In this document: positions 1-9,974 of the stretch, in pieces
Position numbering within the stretch: the first letter of the stretch is position 1
Layout: the number at the start of each line of letters is the position of its first letter
Source: Geitlerinema sp. BBD 1991-9
GTDB lineage: Bacteria; Cyanobacteriota; Cyanobacteriia; Cyanobacteriales; Geitlerinemataceae
Direction of reading: 5' to 3'
Length of the DNA stretch: 32,000 bases
Assembly: GCA_001657325.1 (NCBI GenBank)
Contig: LWRO01000040.1
Location: forward strand, 1 to 32,000
Position numbers and translations under genes: made by a program
The notes under the pieces: generated by a model
Seen by the model: the letters and a program-made list of their open reading frames with translations, nothing else
Told to the model about the DNA's origin: nothing
Databases searched by the model: none

Positions 1-30
1 CGAGCCGCAGAGGGGCATTCTACGAAATTA

Positions 31-51
31 CCTCCCCTTAGCCAGGGGAGG
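31..51. repeat. Short hairpin CCTCCCCT-tagcc-AGGGGAGG flanked by an imperfect ~30-bp direct repeat (1-29 and 77-106)
   Basis: Perfect 8-bp arms at 31-38 and 44-51. 'cgagccgcagagggg(t)cattctacgaaatt' occurs at 1-29 and 77-106 with one indel. Confidence 0.7.
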
Positions 52-586
52 ATGGGAGGGGTTTCGAGCGCTCAGTCGAGCCGCAGAGGGGTCATTCTAC
101 GAAATTGAGATGCACCTCGGGAAAGCTGTCAAATCGATCGAATCATTGTATATCTGAGGTCGATATGGTATGGATTGAAGGTGTTAAAAAACGTTAAGCA
201 AGAAAATCTGAAGCGTGTTGGGAACTTTTTCCCCAACCGTCCGGACTAAGCCTAGTAAAACGTCGTCAAGTCGATCGAACACCACGCTAGACCACTGTCA
301 ACCCCGATAGTGAATCCCTGTCCTAGAGCCTCTCAGCGAGCGCGAAACAGACTGAGCGTGCGTGTTCTCCACGATCTAGACAACACCAGCATTAATGCTG
401 TAAATTGGCGACTGTTATGCGTACAGCGAGACTGAGAGCCGATCGTACCCGGTACGCTTGCGAAGGGCGTTCAGCCTTCGCGATGAAACAACCAAGTGCG
501 TGTCAATATTCAGAGCCGATCGTGGCAATCTGAGCTGACTCGCAAGGTACGTTCCGCAAACCGTTAGCGAGGAAGAGGAGCGATAA

Positions 587-3190
587 GTGACTGACATTAA
601 CAATCCAACCAACGTCATTATTGGCGATGACGCAGACGAGCTAATTCGTCTCGGTAGCGTCGGTGCAGCAGCCGGGTTTGGCGGCAACGACACCATCGTC
701 AGTGCGATTAACGGTGTGGTTCCCGGAAGCCTGATTTTCGGGAACACCGGCAACGACTATTTAGAAAGTAAAGGCATTGGCGACCAAGCCTTCGGTGGGA
801 AAGACGACGACTACATTGTCAACGATACGGGTCAAGGCACCCTGTCGGGGGATCTCGGCAATGACACCCTCTACGGGGAAGAAGGCCTGTACACCTTCTT
901 CGGAGGTGACGGAGCTGATTATATCCGTGCTGACGAAGCGTCGAGCATCTTCGTCGGTGGCGACGGCAACGACACCCTGTCGGGTGGTGAAGGCAACGAC
1001 ACGATGGCTGGTGGCGACGGTAACGACTGGGCTAAGTCGGGACCGGAAGGACAAAGCTTCCTGTTCGGCAACAGCGGGAACGATACCCTGATCTCGGAAA
1101 CCACAGAAGCCAATGGCGATCCCGATAGCGTGTTCGCCGGTCGAGGTGATGACTATGCCTATGTCTCGGGCAGCAGTATTGTCGACAATCCCATTTTAGT
1201 GGGCGACCTAGGCAATGACAGCCTGCTGGTCAACGGAACGTCTGTCGATGGAGCTATCTTAGCCGGTGATGTCGATCCCAGCGGTCAAATTTCGGGAACT
1301 GATGTTGGTAACGACTACCTGTTCGTCAATAGTGGAAACGATCACCAATTAGCTGGCAATGCGGGTAACGATACACTCGAACTGGGTGCAGCTGGTTCGA
1401 ACGTCACGCTGGCTGGCGGGCAAGGCAATGACTTCTTAGTTGGCACAGCTAACGGTGAGGGCCTTCGTGCCTTTGGCGACCGGGAGGATGATTACCTGTA
1501 CTTCAGTGCTAGCAGTGCTCAGTTATGGGGAGACAATCCCAATGCAACGGAGTTCGGTGACGACACGGTTATCGGTGTCGGCGGTCAAATCACCCTAGCA
1601 GGTGACAACTCCAATGCCGGAACCGACGGCGGTAACGACTTCCTCCGCGCCAGTGGAGCAGGCAACAACGTTCTGCTCGGCTTCGCTGGAAACGACACCA
1701 TAGACGCTTCTGCCAGTGGATCTGGAGATGTGCTGTCCGGGGGGGTCGGAGATGACTACTACATCTTCGGTGCTGGAGATAGTATCGAGGCAGATACCGA
1801 TGGAATCAACACTTACATTGGTAGTGGCGCGCTCGATGTTACCGTAACGGTTCAACCTACCGACTCCTTTGGGGGAGATGCTAACTTCAAGATCGCAGGC
1901 TCTCAAAGCAACGTCCGCGCGATTGATTCAGGCGGGATCATCTCAGGCGATTTGCCCGACTTGCTGACCATCGGTTCGGCGAACGGTCTGACCAATTCAG
2001 GCGGTGGTGACGATACCCTCAATGTCGGCAACGTCACGGGAAGTGTCAATGGGGGTGACGGCAACGACATTATCAGCGTCACGGGAACGGATGGTGTTGC
2101 AGCTGGCGGTCAAGTCGATGGTGGACTGGGTGACGACTCGATCGTCGCCGAGGTCGTTGCCGGTAGTGCTGTCGGTGGTGGCGGTGCTGATACCTTGGCT
2201 CTCGACAGTCTCACGAGCAGTGCAGTCGTAACTGGCGGCGATGGCAATGATGTCTTCACGATTGGTACGGCTGATGCGGGTGCTTCGGTTGATGCGGGCG
2301 CTGGTGACGAAGTACTGGTTGTCGGAGGTGTCGGTACTGTAGCCGATCCGCTTAGTGGCGCTGGTGTTAGTCTCTCCGGTGGTGCGGGTGACGACACCGT
2401 TGCTGCGGCAACAAGTGCTACAGAAACAACGGGTGCGAACTCGTTCTTGCAGGGTGGAGATGGAGATGACTTTCTCCAAGGTCAAGCCAATGGTGGCGAC
2501 ACTTTATCCGGTGGGGCGGGTGACGACATCCTCTTTGGGGGAATTGCAACCAATAGCAACATCGGAGCTGGAACGACGACCCAGTTTAACTTTAATAACT
2601 GGAATGGCGACAGCTTGTCTGGTGGTGCGGGTGCGGATATCTTCCTCTTCACTGACATCAACCAAACAGGTTCGACCGGCCAGACGCTTGGCACAGTGCA
2701 GGCAGGAAGTAACGCCGGTCAGTTTGGAGGGCTGAACGCGACAGTTCAAAATATCCTCGTCTACGGTGGAACGAACGTTGGTGGTACGGTAAACAGTGCT
2801 GCCAACGTCGATACAATCACTGGTTTCAGCTCGACAGAAGATCGGTTATTCTTCTCGACTGGTGGTAGCTTTGGTCAAACTACCGCAGGTACGTTGACGA
2901 ATGACTTCTTCTCCGGAACTCCCGATTTTTCTGGCTTAGTGGGTGGAACGGTAAATACAGTACCTACTGTGGTAGGCGAAGGTACCAGTACGACCTTCTT
3001 CGCGGCTGGAACTAATATTGGTGCTGGTGATTTCTTCTACGATACGACTAATGGCGGTTTGTATACCTTCTACAACACGGGTGGTGGTACAAGCTTTGCT
3101 CTAGTTTCCGTACTCGAGGGAGCGCCGACTTTGGCTGCAGGCGATATCCAGTTCGGTACTCCTGGAGCTTCTGGCTTCGTCACTCTCTAG
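587..3190 (+). CDS. RTX-like / hemolysin-type calcium-binding repeat protein
   Basis: 867-aa ORF, GTG start after a GAAGAGGAG Shine-Dalgarno-like sequence. Many GGxGxDxhx-like units (GDLGNDTLYGEEG, GGDGNDTLSGGEGNDTMAGGDGNDW, LSGGAGDDILFGG). Confidence 0.88.
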   Translation: MTDINNPTNVIIGDDADELIRLGSVGAAAGFGGNDTIVSAINGVVPGSLIFGNTGNDYLESKGIGDQAFGGKDDDYIVNDTGQGTLSGDLGNDTLYGEEGLYTFFGGDGADYIRADEASSIFVGGDGNDTLSGGEGNDTMAGGDGNDWAKSGPEGQSFLFGNSGNDTLISETTEANGDPDSVFAGRGDDYAYVSGSSIVDNPILVGDLGNDSLLVNGTSVDGAILAGDVDPSGQISGTDVGNDYLFVNSGNDHQLAGNAGNDTLELGAAGSNVTLAGGQGNDFLVGTANGEGLRAFGDREDDYLYFSASSAQLWGDNPNATEFGDDTVIGVGGQITLAGDNSNAGTDGGNDFLRASGAGNNVLLGFAGNDTIDASASGSGDVLSGGVGDDYYIFGAGDSIEADTDGINTYIGSGALDVTVTVQPTDSFGGDANFKIAGSQSNVRAIDSGGIISGDLPDLLTIGSANGLTNSGGGDDTLNVGNVTGSVNGGDGNDIISVTGTDGVAAGGQVDGGLGDDSIVAEVVAGSAVGGGGADTLALDSLTSSAVVTGGDGNDVFTIGTADAGASVDAGAGDEVLVVGGVGTVADPLSGAGVSLSGGAGDDTVAAATSATETTGANSFLQGGDGDDFLQGQANGGDTLSGGAGDDILFGGIATNSNIGAGTTTQFNFNNWNGDSLSGGAGADIFLFTDINQTGSTGQTLGTVQAGSNAGQFGGLNATVQNILVYGGTNVGGTVNSAANVDTITGFSSTEDRLFFSTGGSFGQTTAGTLTNDFFSGTPDFSGLVGGTVNTVPTVVGEGTSTTFFAAGTNIGAGDFFYDTTNGGLYTFYNTGGGTSFALVSVLEGAPTLAAGDIQFGTPGASGFVTL

Positions 3191-3233
3191 TTTGACTAGA
3201 AACTTTACCTTTTCGTAAAGTTAAAAGTTAATG

Positions 3234-3266
3234 ATAGCCAGGGTGGGTATTACCCATCCTGGCTAT
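3234..3266 (+). terminator. Probable Rho-independent terminator of the RTX-like gene
   Basis: 16-nt arms ATAGCCAGGGTGGGTA / TACCCATCCTGGCTAT (one G-T wobble), followed by GTTTTTG. Confidence 0.75.
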
Positions 3267-3322
3267 GTTTTTGGGTCTTCGGAGATTATGGTGTAATTTG
3301 TAAATTTGAATACAAAATTTGG

Positions 3323-3350
3323 GTAGGGGCGAACGGCCGTTCGCCCCTAC
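3323..3350. repeat. 28-bp perfect intergenic palindrome GTAGGGGCGAACGGCCGTTCGCCCCTAC
   Basis: 14-nt arms are exact reverse complements. Lies between the RTX-like gene and the SDR gene. Confidence 0.85.
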
Positions 3351-3526
3351 AGTAATGGTTTTGACCCGACATAAAATCTGCTTATCACCTAAACTCCGAA
3401 GACCCATGTTTTTGAGATTGAATTTAACAGGCGATCTCCGTACAGTAAAACGTAAATAGCGAAACGTAACTGCATTAAAGGAGCATCGCCCGTGCAAGGC
3501 AAGAAGGTTTTAGTGGAACTGGGGGA

Positions 3527-4180
3527 TTGGGATTGGGCGTAACGCCCCTTGTCATTTCCCGTGGCGCAGATGTAACAGTTCCCTATCTCAAGGCAGAGGA
3601 GGTCGATCGACTCAAACAACACCTCAGTGCCGACGATTTTTCTAAAATTCAGTTCGTCATCCTCAATTTGCTCGACGAAAATGCCGTACGCCAACTCATT
3701 GATGACATGGGGCGGGTAGACGTGCTAATTCATCTTGTCGGCGGGTTTTCCATGGGGAAAATGCACGAATATAGCTATGAAAACTGGAAGCAAGACTTTG
3801 AATTGAATTTAAATACAACGTTTCTAACCTGCAAATATAGTTTGGCTAAAATGCTAAAACAAGGGTATGGAAGAATCGTAACTGTTGGCTCGCGAGGTGC
3901 AGTCGAACCCGGCGCACAGCTTTCATCCTACTGTGCCTCTAAAGCTGGAGTGGTCGCCTTGACGAAATCGATTGCTGTCGAAACCAAAGGTACGAATGTC
4001 ACGGCGAACTGTGTACTCCCCAGTGTCATCGATACTCCAAGCAACCGGGAAGCCATGGGAGTCGAACAGGCTGACCAGTGGGTCAAACCCCAATCGTTAG
4101 CAGAAGTTATCTGTTTCCTCGCGTCTGAAGCGGCCCGAGACCTGCGAGGTGCTGCCATCCCGGTATATGGCAACGTTTAA
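3527..4180 (+). CDS. SDR family NAD(P)-dependent oxidoreductase (5' end probably frameshifted; original GTG start perhaps at 3492)
   Basis: TGGLGLG-like nucleotide-binding motif remnant, S...YCASK catalytic motif (TVGSRGAVEPGAQLSSYCASKAGVVALTKSIA), and typical SDR length from about 3492. Confidence 0.85.
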   Translation: MGLGVTPLVISRGADVTVPYLKAEEVDRLKQHLSADDFSKIQFVILNLLDENAVRQLIDDMGRVDVLIHLVGGFSMGKMHEYSYENWKQDFELNLNTTFLTCKYSLAKMLKQGYGRIVTVGSRGAVEPGAQLSSYCASKAGVVALTKSIAVETKGTNVTANCVLPSVIDTPSNREAMGVEQADQWVKPQSLAEVICFLASEAARDLRGAAIPVYGNV

Positions 4181-4192
4181 TCAGGAATCATC

Positions 4193-5260
4193 GTGTCACG
4201 TTTTAATTTGTCGATTCCATTCGTTCGTGCGAGGTCTCGGACAGAGAATCGATTTCTCTGGAGATCGGTCTCAACACTTCGCAAATCGAGCACGATCGTC
4301 TTATTGTTCGTAGCGTTTGGGCTGACGCTGCTGTTTTCATCCTGCCAACCGCGATCGATCGCGCTTAAAGTGGGTTTGAATAGCTGGCCCGGCTTCGATG
4401 TCGTCCTATATGCAGAGGAAACGGGAATTTTCGAGCAACGCGGACTCACCGTCGATCTCGTGCGTTTCGACAACGCGCAGGATACGACGCGAGCGATGTT
4501 ACGGGGATCGCTCGATGCGGCGTTTGTGAACCTGTGGGACGTGCTACAAGCCGATCCCGTGGCAGATAACCCCGTTTATATTATGGTAACGAACGTCTCG
4601 AACGGCTCGGACGGGATCGTGGCTCGAAAAGACGTTTCGTCGGTTAAAGACCTCGGCGGACAGCGAGTCGGGGTAAAGCTGGGAACGGTCAATCACCTTA
4701 TTCTCCTTGAAGCGTTACAACTGCATGGCGTACCGCCGCAAGCGATCGAGATTGCCGATGTCTCGAACGATATTGCTGCGGCCGATCTACGCAAGGGCGA
4801 ACTCGGTGCTGCGGTGTTGTGGGAACCGATGTTGAGTCAAACGGCGGAGGAGATCGGTGGAACTGTGGTTTATACGACACGAGACACGGAAAGCTTGGTT
4901 ATCGATGGATTGGCCACGCGATCGAATCTCGATCGATCGAAACGTGCAGCTCTCGAACAGCTGATCTTAGCTTGGTTCGACGTGATGCACGCTGTGGAAA
5001 CACAACCCGACCTCGTTTTCCAAACCGTTGCTGAAAAACTCGGACAAGACCCGGCCGCCTTTGCTGAAGATTATGCCGGCCTAGATAAAGGAGACATCGA
5101 ACTCAACCGGCAAATGTTTGTAGACGGTCGCCTGTCAACCTCGATCGAGCAGTTAAACGCTTTGTTCGAGGCGGACGGACGACACGGACGACAACTTCGA
5201 GAAGATTTACAAATCGATGCGGCTCCTGTGACGGCGGCCATCGAAGCATGGACGCCGTAG
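4193..5260 (+). CDS. ABC transporter-type substrate-binding lipoprotein (NitT/TauT/SsuA-like, NMT1 superfamily)
   Basis: Signal anchor with LFSSC lipobox; VGLNSWPGFDVVLYAEETGIFEQRGLTVDLVRFDNAQDTTRAMLRGSLDAAFVNLWD is typical of NMT1/SsuA-like binding proteins. Confidence 0.85.
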   Translation: MSRFNLSIPFVRARSRTENRFLWRSVSTLRKSSTIVLLFVAFGLTLLFSSCQPRSIALKVGLNSWPGFDVVLYAEETGIFEQRGLTVDLVRFDNAQDTTRAMLRGSLDAAFVNLWDVLQADPVADNPVYIMVTNVSNGSDGIVARKDVSSVKDLGGQRVGVKLGTVNHLILLEALQLHGVPPQAIEIADVSNDIAAADLRKGELGAAVLWEPMLSQTAEEIGGTVVYTTRDTESLVIDGLATRSNLDRSKRAALEQLILAWFDVMHAVETQPDLVFQTVAEKLGQDPAAFAEDYAGLDKGDIELNRQMFVDGRLSTSIEQLNALFEADGRHGRQLREDLQIDAAPVTAAIEAWTP

Positions 5261-6945
5261 TCAATCGGCCCCAATCCGCTCCCACTCACGTAAAGCGCCC
5301 TCTGACCCGACAGCTTGTCAGCGGTTTCGGTGCGTCGATCGTTGTCGTGGGTGCGACGACGCTGGGCGTAAACTATCGCCTGATCGAAGCGGATTTGGAG
5401 CGTAAAATCGAGCAGCAAGCGATCTCCTTGACCCACAGCGTCGAGTTCGTGTCGGAAGGACTCATCGAAATTGAGTACACGAGTATTCTCCAGCGCGTCG
5501 TTCAAAATTACGCCACCTTGCCGAACGTGGTCGAGATTGCCGTCATCGATCCCCAAGGCATCCTGTTGGCTTACAGTGCTGAATCCCCCCGGGATCGATC
5601 GTTGTCCGCAGTGCGGCCGGAACTCCAAGATATCGTCGATCGAGCTTTTACCACAGGCGATATCGTTCGCGAGAAGATCGCCCTCGACGATCGACCGGTT
5701 CTCGTGGAAACCTTGCCGTTTAGCAGTGTGTTATTCGGCGCGTCCGGCCGTCGCGGAATGGCGATTGCGATTCTCGACCTTCGGCCCGTTCAGCAAGAAG
5801 CTCGCACGACGTTTTTAAAATCGAGCTTGACGCTGATGGTGGGGGTGTTCGGGATCTCGATCCTGATGGGTTTGTTGGTGCGGCAAACCATTCTCGTTCA
5901 CCTGCAACACCTCGAACGAGCCATTAACCACAGCCACGTCACGGGACGATTTAACTGCCCGCAACCCCTTCCACCCAACGAAATCGGCGTTCTCGCCGTC
6001 GCACTCGACGCAGCATTTCGGGCGTTGCGGGAGAGTGAGGAACGCGAAAAGGCTCGATCGAGCGAACTGCAAAATACGTTAGATGACTTGCAAAAAACAC
6101 AAGCCCAGCTCATTCAAACGGAAAAAATGTCGGGTTTGGGGCAAATGGTCGCCGGTATCGCCCACGAAATTAACAACCCCGTCAGTTTCATTCACGGAAA
6201 TCTCATACACCTTGACGACTACCTCAAAGACTTAATGGAACTGATCGATCTCTACCAAGAAACGTTTCCCAAGGCTACACCGGACATTCGACAATTCACG
6301 GAAGACATCGACCTACCGTTTCTTCAAGAAGACCTTCCCCGTATGATTTCGTCGATGCAAGTGGGAACGCAGCGCATCCGCGAAATCATTCTGTCGTTGC
6401 GGAATTTTTCCCGCCTCGACGAGTCGGAGATGAAAGAAGCCGATTTGCACGAAGGCCTGGACAACACCTTGCTCGTCCTCAACAACCGTTTAAAGGAAAA
6501 ACCGGGCTGTCGCGCCATTCAAGTCATCCGCCAATACGGGACTTTACCGCTGGTCGAGTGCTATCCGGGGCAACTCAACCAAGTCTTTATGAACGTTCTC
6601 AGTAACGCCACCGACGTATTGGAACCCTATACAAAGGCCAGCGACCTTTCCGAACCTCCAACCCTTTGGATTCAGACGGAGTCTCTGGTTGAAGTTCCTA
6701 CGAAACCGTGCGTGCGGGTTATCATTCGCGATAACGGGCCGGGTATGACGGAAGCGGTTCGATCGAAATTGTTCGATCCCTTTTTCACGACGAAACCCAT
6801 TGGCAAAGGGACGGGATTGGGTCTCTCGATTAGTTATCAAATCGTCGTCGATCGCCATCACGGCCAGATCGAGTGTCGTTCTGAACCCGGACGAGGAACG
6901 ACCTTTGAAATCACGATTCCAACTCAACACAGCCGTGAGGGCTAA
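5248..6945 (+). CDS. Membrane sensor histidine kinase
   Basis: N-terminal TM, extracytoplasmic region, second TM, H-box EKMSGLGQMVAGIAHEINNPVSFIHGNL, N-box FMNVLSNATDVL, G1 IIRDNGPGM, G2 GKGTGLGLSISYQIV. Confidence 0.95.
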   Translation: MDAVVNRPQSAPTHVKRPLTRQLVSGFGASIVVVGATTLGVNYRLIEADLERKIEQQAISLTHSVEFVSEGLIEIEYTSILQRVVQNYATLPNVVEIAVIDPQGILLAYSAESPRDRSLSAVRPELQDIVDRAFTTGDIVREKIALDDRPVLVETLPFSSVLFGASGRRGMAIAILDLRPVQQEARTTFLKSSLTLMVGVFGISILMGLLVRQTILVHLQHLERAINHSHVTGRFNCPQPLPPNEIGVLAVALDAAFRALRESEEREKARSSELQNTLDDLQKTQAQLIQTEKMSGLGQMVAGIAHEINNPVSFIHGNLIHLDDYLKDLMELIDLYQETFPKATPDIRQFTEDIDLPFLQEDLPRMISSMQVGTQRIREIILSLRNFSRLDESEMKEADLHEGLDNTLLVLNNRLKEKPGCRAIQVIRQYGTLPLVECYPGQLNQVFMNVLSNATDVLEPYTKASDLSEPPTLWIQTESLVEVPTKPCVRVIIRDNGPGMTEAVRSKLFDPFFTTKPIGKGTGLGLSISYQIVVDRHHGQIECRSEPGRGTTFEITIPTQHSREG

Positions 6946-6951
6946 AGGCAC

Positions 6952-8271
6952 TTAACCGGAAAATCGCCGGAACACTGTCGCCAACCCATCGGCATCGCCG
7001 ACGTTCCCCGGAAATAAGACGACGGGAAGGTTCGGAAATTGGGGATGGGTTTCTGGCGTTCGTACCACAGAACATCCGGCAAGAATTTGTCCTAACAGTC
7101 GTGCGGTTCGCAAGGCTAACCCCGTACTCAACACGTCGTTGGATGTGATCCCGCCTTTACTGATGAGAAAGCCAATGTCTTCGGGCAAACCGCGCACGAC
7201 ATCCATGAGTAGGGAAGAAACCGCGATGCCGAATTTCAATCGCGTCGGCGTGTCGGGAAATTGCAACTCTTCACGACTGGTATAGATAACGGGGGTGTTG
7301 CCCGTTTGCCAAACGCGATGGGTTTTCTCTAAGACTGCTTGTAGCAACGTCTCGCGTTGTGTATCGGATTCTTCGAGAAGGTGCGTTACGTCTACTTCCA
7401 CTCCTTCAACGCCTGATTCTTGTAGCAATCGATCGAGTTGTTGGGTCGTTTTTTTAACGTGCGATCCCACCAACACCGCACCCGGTTTTCCACCTCGGAC
7501 GTACTGCGCCATATCTTCGGCGGCGATCGGTTGCGGCCCTAAGTTCGCCAGGGATGTCAGCAAACTCGCCGCGCTTCGGAACAAAAACCGTTTGCCCTGA
7601 CTGGCAGCTTGTAAAATATCAGCGGCGAAGCGATCCAGGTCAGCTTGGGTTTCCGCATCGACGACACCGCAACGGTTATCGCTCAAGTGCATCAGTCGAT
7701 CGAGACATCCACGTCGCACGTCGTCGAGTTGGAACTGTTCCACCTCACTCGATCGAATTCGGCTGCGGGTTTTTTCTTCAACGTAGTCGGGAAGGTAGCT
7801 GTAGCGATACCCAAACACGGAATCTTTCGCGAATTCGGTTTCGTGAACGGGGGTTTCGACACCATCGACGAGGAGGTAATGAATACTGTCGCGGGTGATG
7901 CGTCCGCCTTCAAAAAAGGCGGGTGTGAGGAAGTGCGCGTCGAACGGCCCGAGTTCTTCAGCGATAACGTCGGTCTCAATGGGATAATGTCCCCGCAAGG
8001 TGGAGTCCGATCGACTCACGACGAGGAAATCTTCAATTCCTTCTGAGGCTTCGATGGCAAGTTTGAGGTTGTGGGTGACTTCTCGCGTAACGGTTGCGGC
8101 TTCTTCTGGGGTGCGGGCGCGGGTATTGGTCAGGACGAAAAAAATGGGTACGTCGTCAGCCAAACCGATCTTCAGGGTTTCGACATCCCACTGCGTCACT
8201 AACAAACAGCTATGAACGGTTTGGGAACCTGTTGGATCGTCGTCGAGAACGATAATTTTCGGCTGACTCAT
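6952..8271 (-). CDS. Four-carbon acid sugar kinase family protein
   Basis: N-terminal IIVLDDDPTGSQTVHSCLLVTQW, SRSDSTLRGHYPIETDVI, C-terminal KGGITSNDVLSTGL and FPGNVGD-type motifs of the YgbK/OtnK/DtnK family. Confidence 0.85.
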   Translation of the reverse strand: MSQPKIIVLDDDPTGSQTVHSCLLVTQWDVETLKIGLADDVPIFFVLTNTRARTPEEAATVTREVTHNLKLAIEASEGIEDFLVVSRSDSTLRGHYPIETDVIAEELGPFDAHFLTPAFFEGGRITRDSIHYLLVDGVETPVHETEFAKDSVFGYRYSYLPDYVEEKTRSRIRSSEVEQFQLDDVRRGCLDRLMHLSDNRCGVVDAETQADLDRFAADILQAASQGKRFLFRSAASLLTSLANLGPQPIAAEDMAQYVRGGKPGAVLVGSHVKKTTQQLDRLLQESGVEGVEVDVTHLLEESDTQRETLLQAVLEKTHRVWQTGNTPVIYTSREELQFPDTPTRLKFGIAVSSLLMDVVRGLPEDIGFLISKGGITSNDVLSTGLALRTARLLGQILAGCSVVRTPETHPQFPNLPVVLFPGNVGDADGLATVFRRFSG

Positions 8272-8340
8272 TTCGATTTACGATTGACGATTTGAGGCGA
8301 TGTGCAATTGGCAATTGGAAGCGATCTTATCATCTCCTCC

Positions 8341-9000
8341 TCACCGTCGTTTCTGGAGTTTCTGCATTTCTTCGCGAACGCCGATCCCAATTTGAAGTGT
8401 TTCGCGAAGGTATTGGGCGTATTCTCCAGCTTGGTGGTTGGTTTGTAGGGCGGTGAGGGCGGTGAGGTTGTTGACGAACAGGTCGGGACTCGTGGCGAGG
8501 AAATCGCGATTTTCTCGTAGGATGCGTTCGGTTTTGAGGGCGCGAACGAGATCGTCTCGGGTGAGGGTGAGGGCGCGGATTAACGCTTGGCGTTCGGGGG
8601 TGTCGATGGGCGATTCGTCGGAGAGTCGATCGCCGATGTCGATCGCTTTGAGGGTGGCGTGGTATCGATCGATATCTTCTAGGAGTGCAACGAGGGTTTT
8701 CGGGGTCGTTTGCTGTCGCCATAGCCAACGGATACCCATGATGGTGAAGGGAATCACGACTAAACCGACAATCGCGGCGATAACGGAATTTCCGAGAAAC
8801 GGCCGGATGACGAACAAATAGACAAACCCCAGAAGAATGGGAGTTAAGGCAAGTCCGGTGAGGAATTCTTGGAGGAGAAATTTGAGGCGAAATTGGGGAT
8901 CGCGCAGTTGGCTCGATCGAAAGATTTCGGACGGATCGATCCCGCTGAGATGTCTCAATTCTCCTACGGTCAGTTCTAAGCCTTGTAAATCTGACTGCAC
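8341..9000 (-). CDS. Conserved hypothetical protein with two predicted TM segments
   Basis: 219-aa ORF with hydrophobic stretches LTPILLGFVYLFVIRPFLG and VIAAIVGLVVIPFTIMGI between charged and helical regions. Confidence 0.7.
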   Translation of the reverse strand: MQSDLQGLELTVGELRHLSGIDPSEIFRSSQLRDPQFRLKFLLQEFLTGLALTPILLGFVYLFVIRPFLGNSVIAAIVGLVVIPFTIMGIRWLWRQQTTPKTLVALLEDIDRYHATLKAIDIGDRLSDESPIDTPERQALIRALTLTRDDLVRALKTERILRENRDFLATSPDLFVNNLTALTALQTNHQAGEYAQYLRETLQIGIGVREEMQKLQKRR

Positions 9001-9431
9001 AGTTGCTCGATCGCCTCGGCTCGTTTAGACGTTACAACGGTGCGCGACACGGAATCCCAATCCATTGCATAGAAAGAATGTGGAATTGTCGCATCATACG
9101 CCCGATAAAATTGCCCTCATTGTAGCGAGATCGTTTTCCGCAAACGAGAGCGGACTCGGTCTTAGTATCGCAAATGCTTATTCATGAAATATTCAAATTG
9201 GCAAGTATTTTTAATAAATTGTATTTAAATCGTATTTTTCTTAACATTTCTCTCAAGGGAACTCAGTTCGTGCGATCCCGATTTCAAATCCCAACGTCCA
9301 GATATAACAGCGATTTTAGCGAATTCAGTCCTCGATTCTTTTCTTGAAGATTTCTGAGTTCAATGCGGAAAATCTTTGCTATTATTAATGTAAAGTTATA
9401 AAAACTCAACAAACCTGGGTAGGATACGCAA

Positions 9432-9815
9432 ATGACTGGATTCATCCGCGGACTGTTCGGCGGTCGCAAACAACAATCGGCAGAGACCACCATCAAACCT
9501 CAAAGCGCTTCACAAGCTTATTTCCTCGACGACGATGCGGCGAAAACGCTCGGCGACATTGACTATATGCGCAAGAGCAAGCAAATCCGCCACACCTTCC
9601 CCAAGGTTGAAGGCTTCAACGTCGGCGGAACAGAGAAAGTGCATCAAGTGTCAGCGATGGAAGACCGCGATTATATGCCGGAGGAAACGACACCCTCTAG
9701 CAGCACGCCCTCGAGTTCTTCTCTGGGAAGCCAAAGCTTCCAACGTCGGAATGCAAAAACGGATACCAACATGGATATGTTCCGTAACATGGCGAAAAAT
9801 ATCAAGCGCCGTTAA
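9432..9815 (+). CDS. Conserved hypothetical protein
   Basis: 127-aa ORF MTGFIRGLFGGRKQQSAETT... with its own intergenic space and a downstream terminator-like hairpin. Confidence 0.7.
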   Translation: MTGFIRGLFGGRKQQSAETTIKPQSASQAYFLDDDAAKTLGDIDYMRKSKQIRHTFPKVEGFNVGGTEKVHQVSAMEDRDYMPEETTPSSSTPSSSSLGSQSFQRRNAKTDTNMDMFRNMAKNIKRR

Positions 9816-9851
9816 GCTGCTGCTGTCGTAACGATCGACGTTCTCAATTGG

Positions 9852-9885
9852 CGAGTTGGTTTTCCCGATAGCGAAAGCCAACTCG
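9852..9885 (+). terminator. Probable Rho-independent terminator
   Basis: CGAGTTGGTTTTC ... GAAAGCCAACTCG stem (one wobble), followed by TCGTTTTA. Confidence 0.65.
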
Positions 9886-9974
9886 TCGTTTTATCGAAAG
9901 CGATCCGGAATCTGGCGATCGAACGGAAATTCTGAAACGTTGCGACTGCAAGTAACACTGGTATGAAACAGTTT

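Noticed and set aside
1997-2485. 162-aa antisense ORF opposite the RTX-like gene (and similar ORFs such as 1595-1906 and 777-1091)
   Set aside because: Shadow ORFs caused by the repetitive GGxGxDD coding sequence; no start context or recognisable domain.
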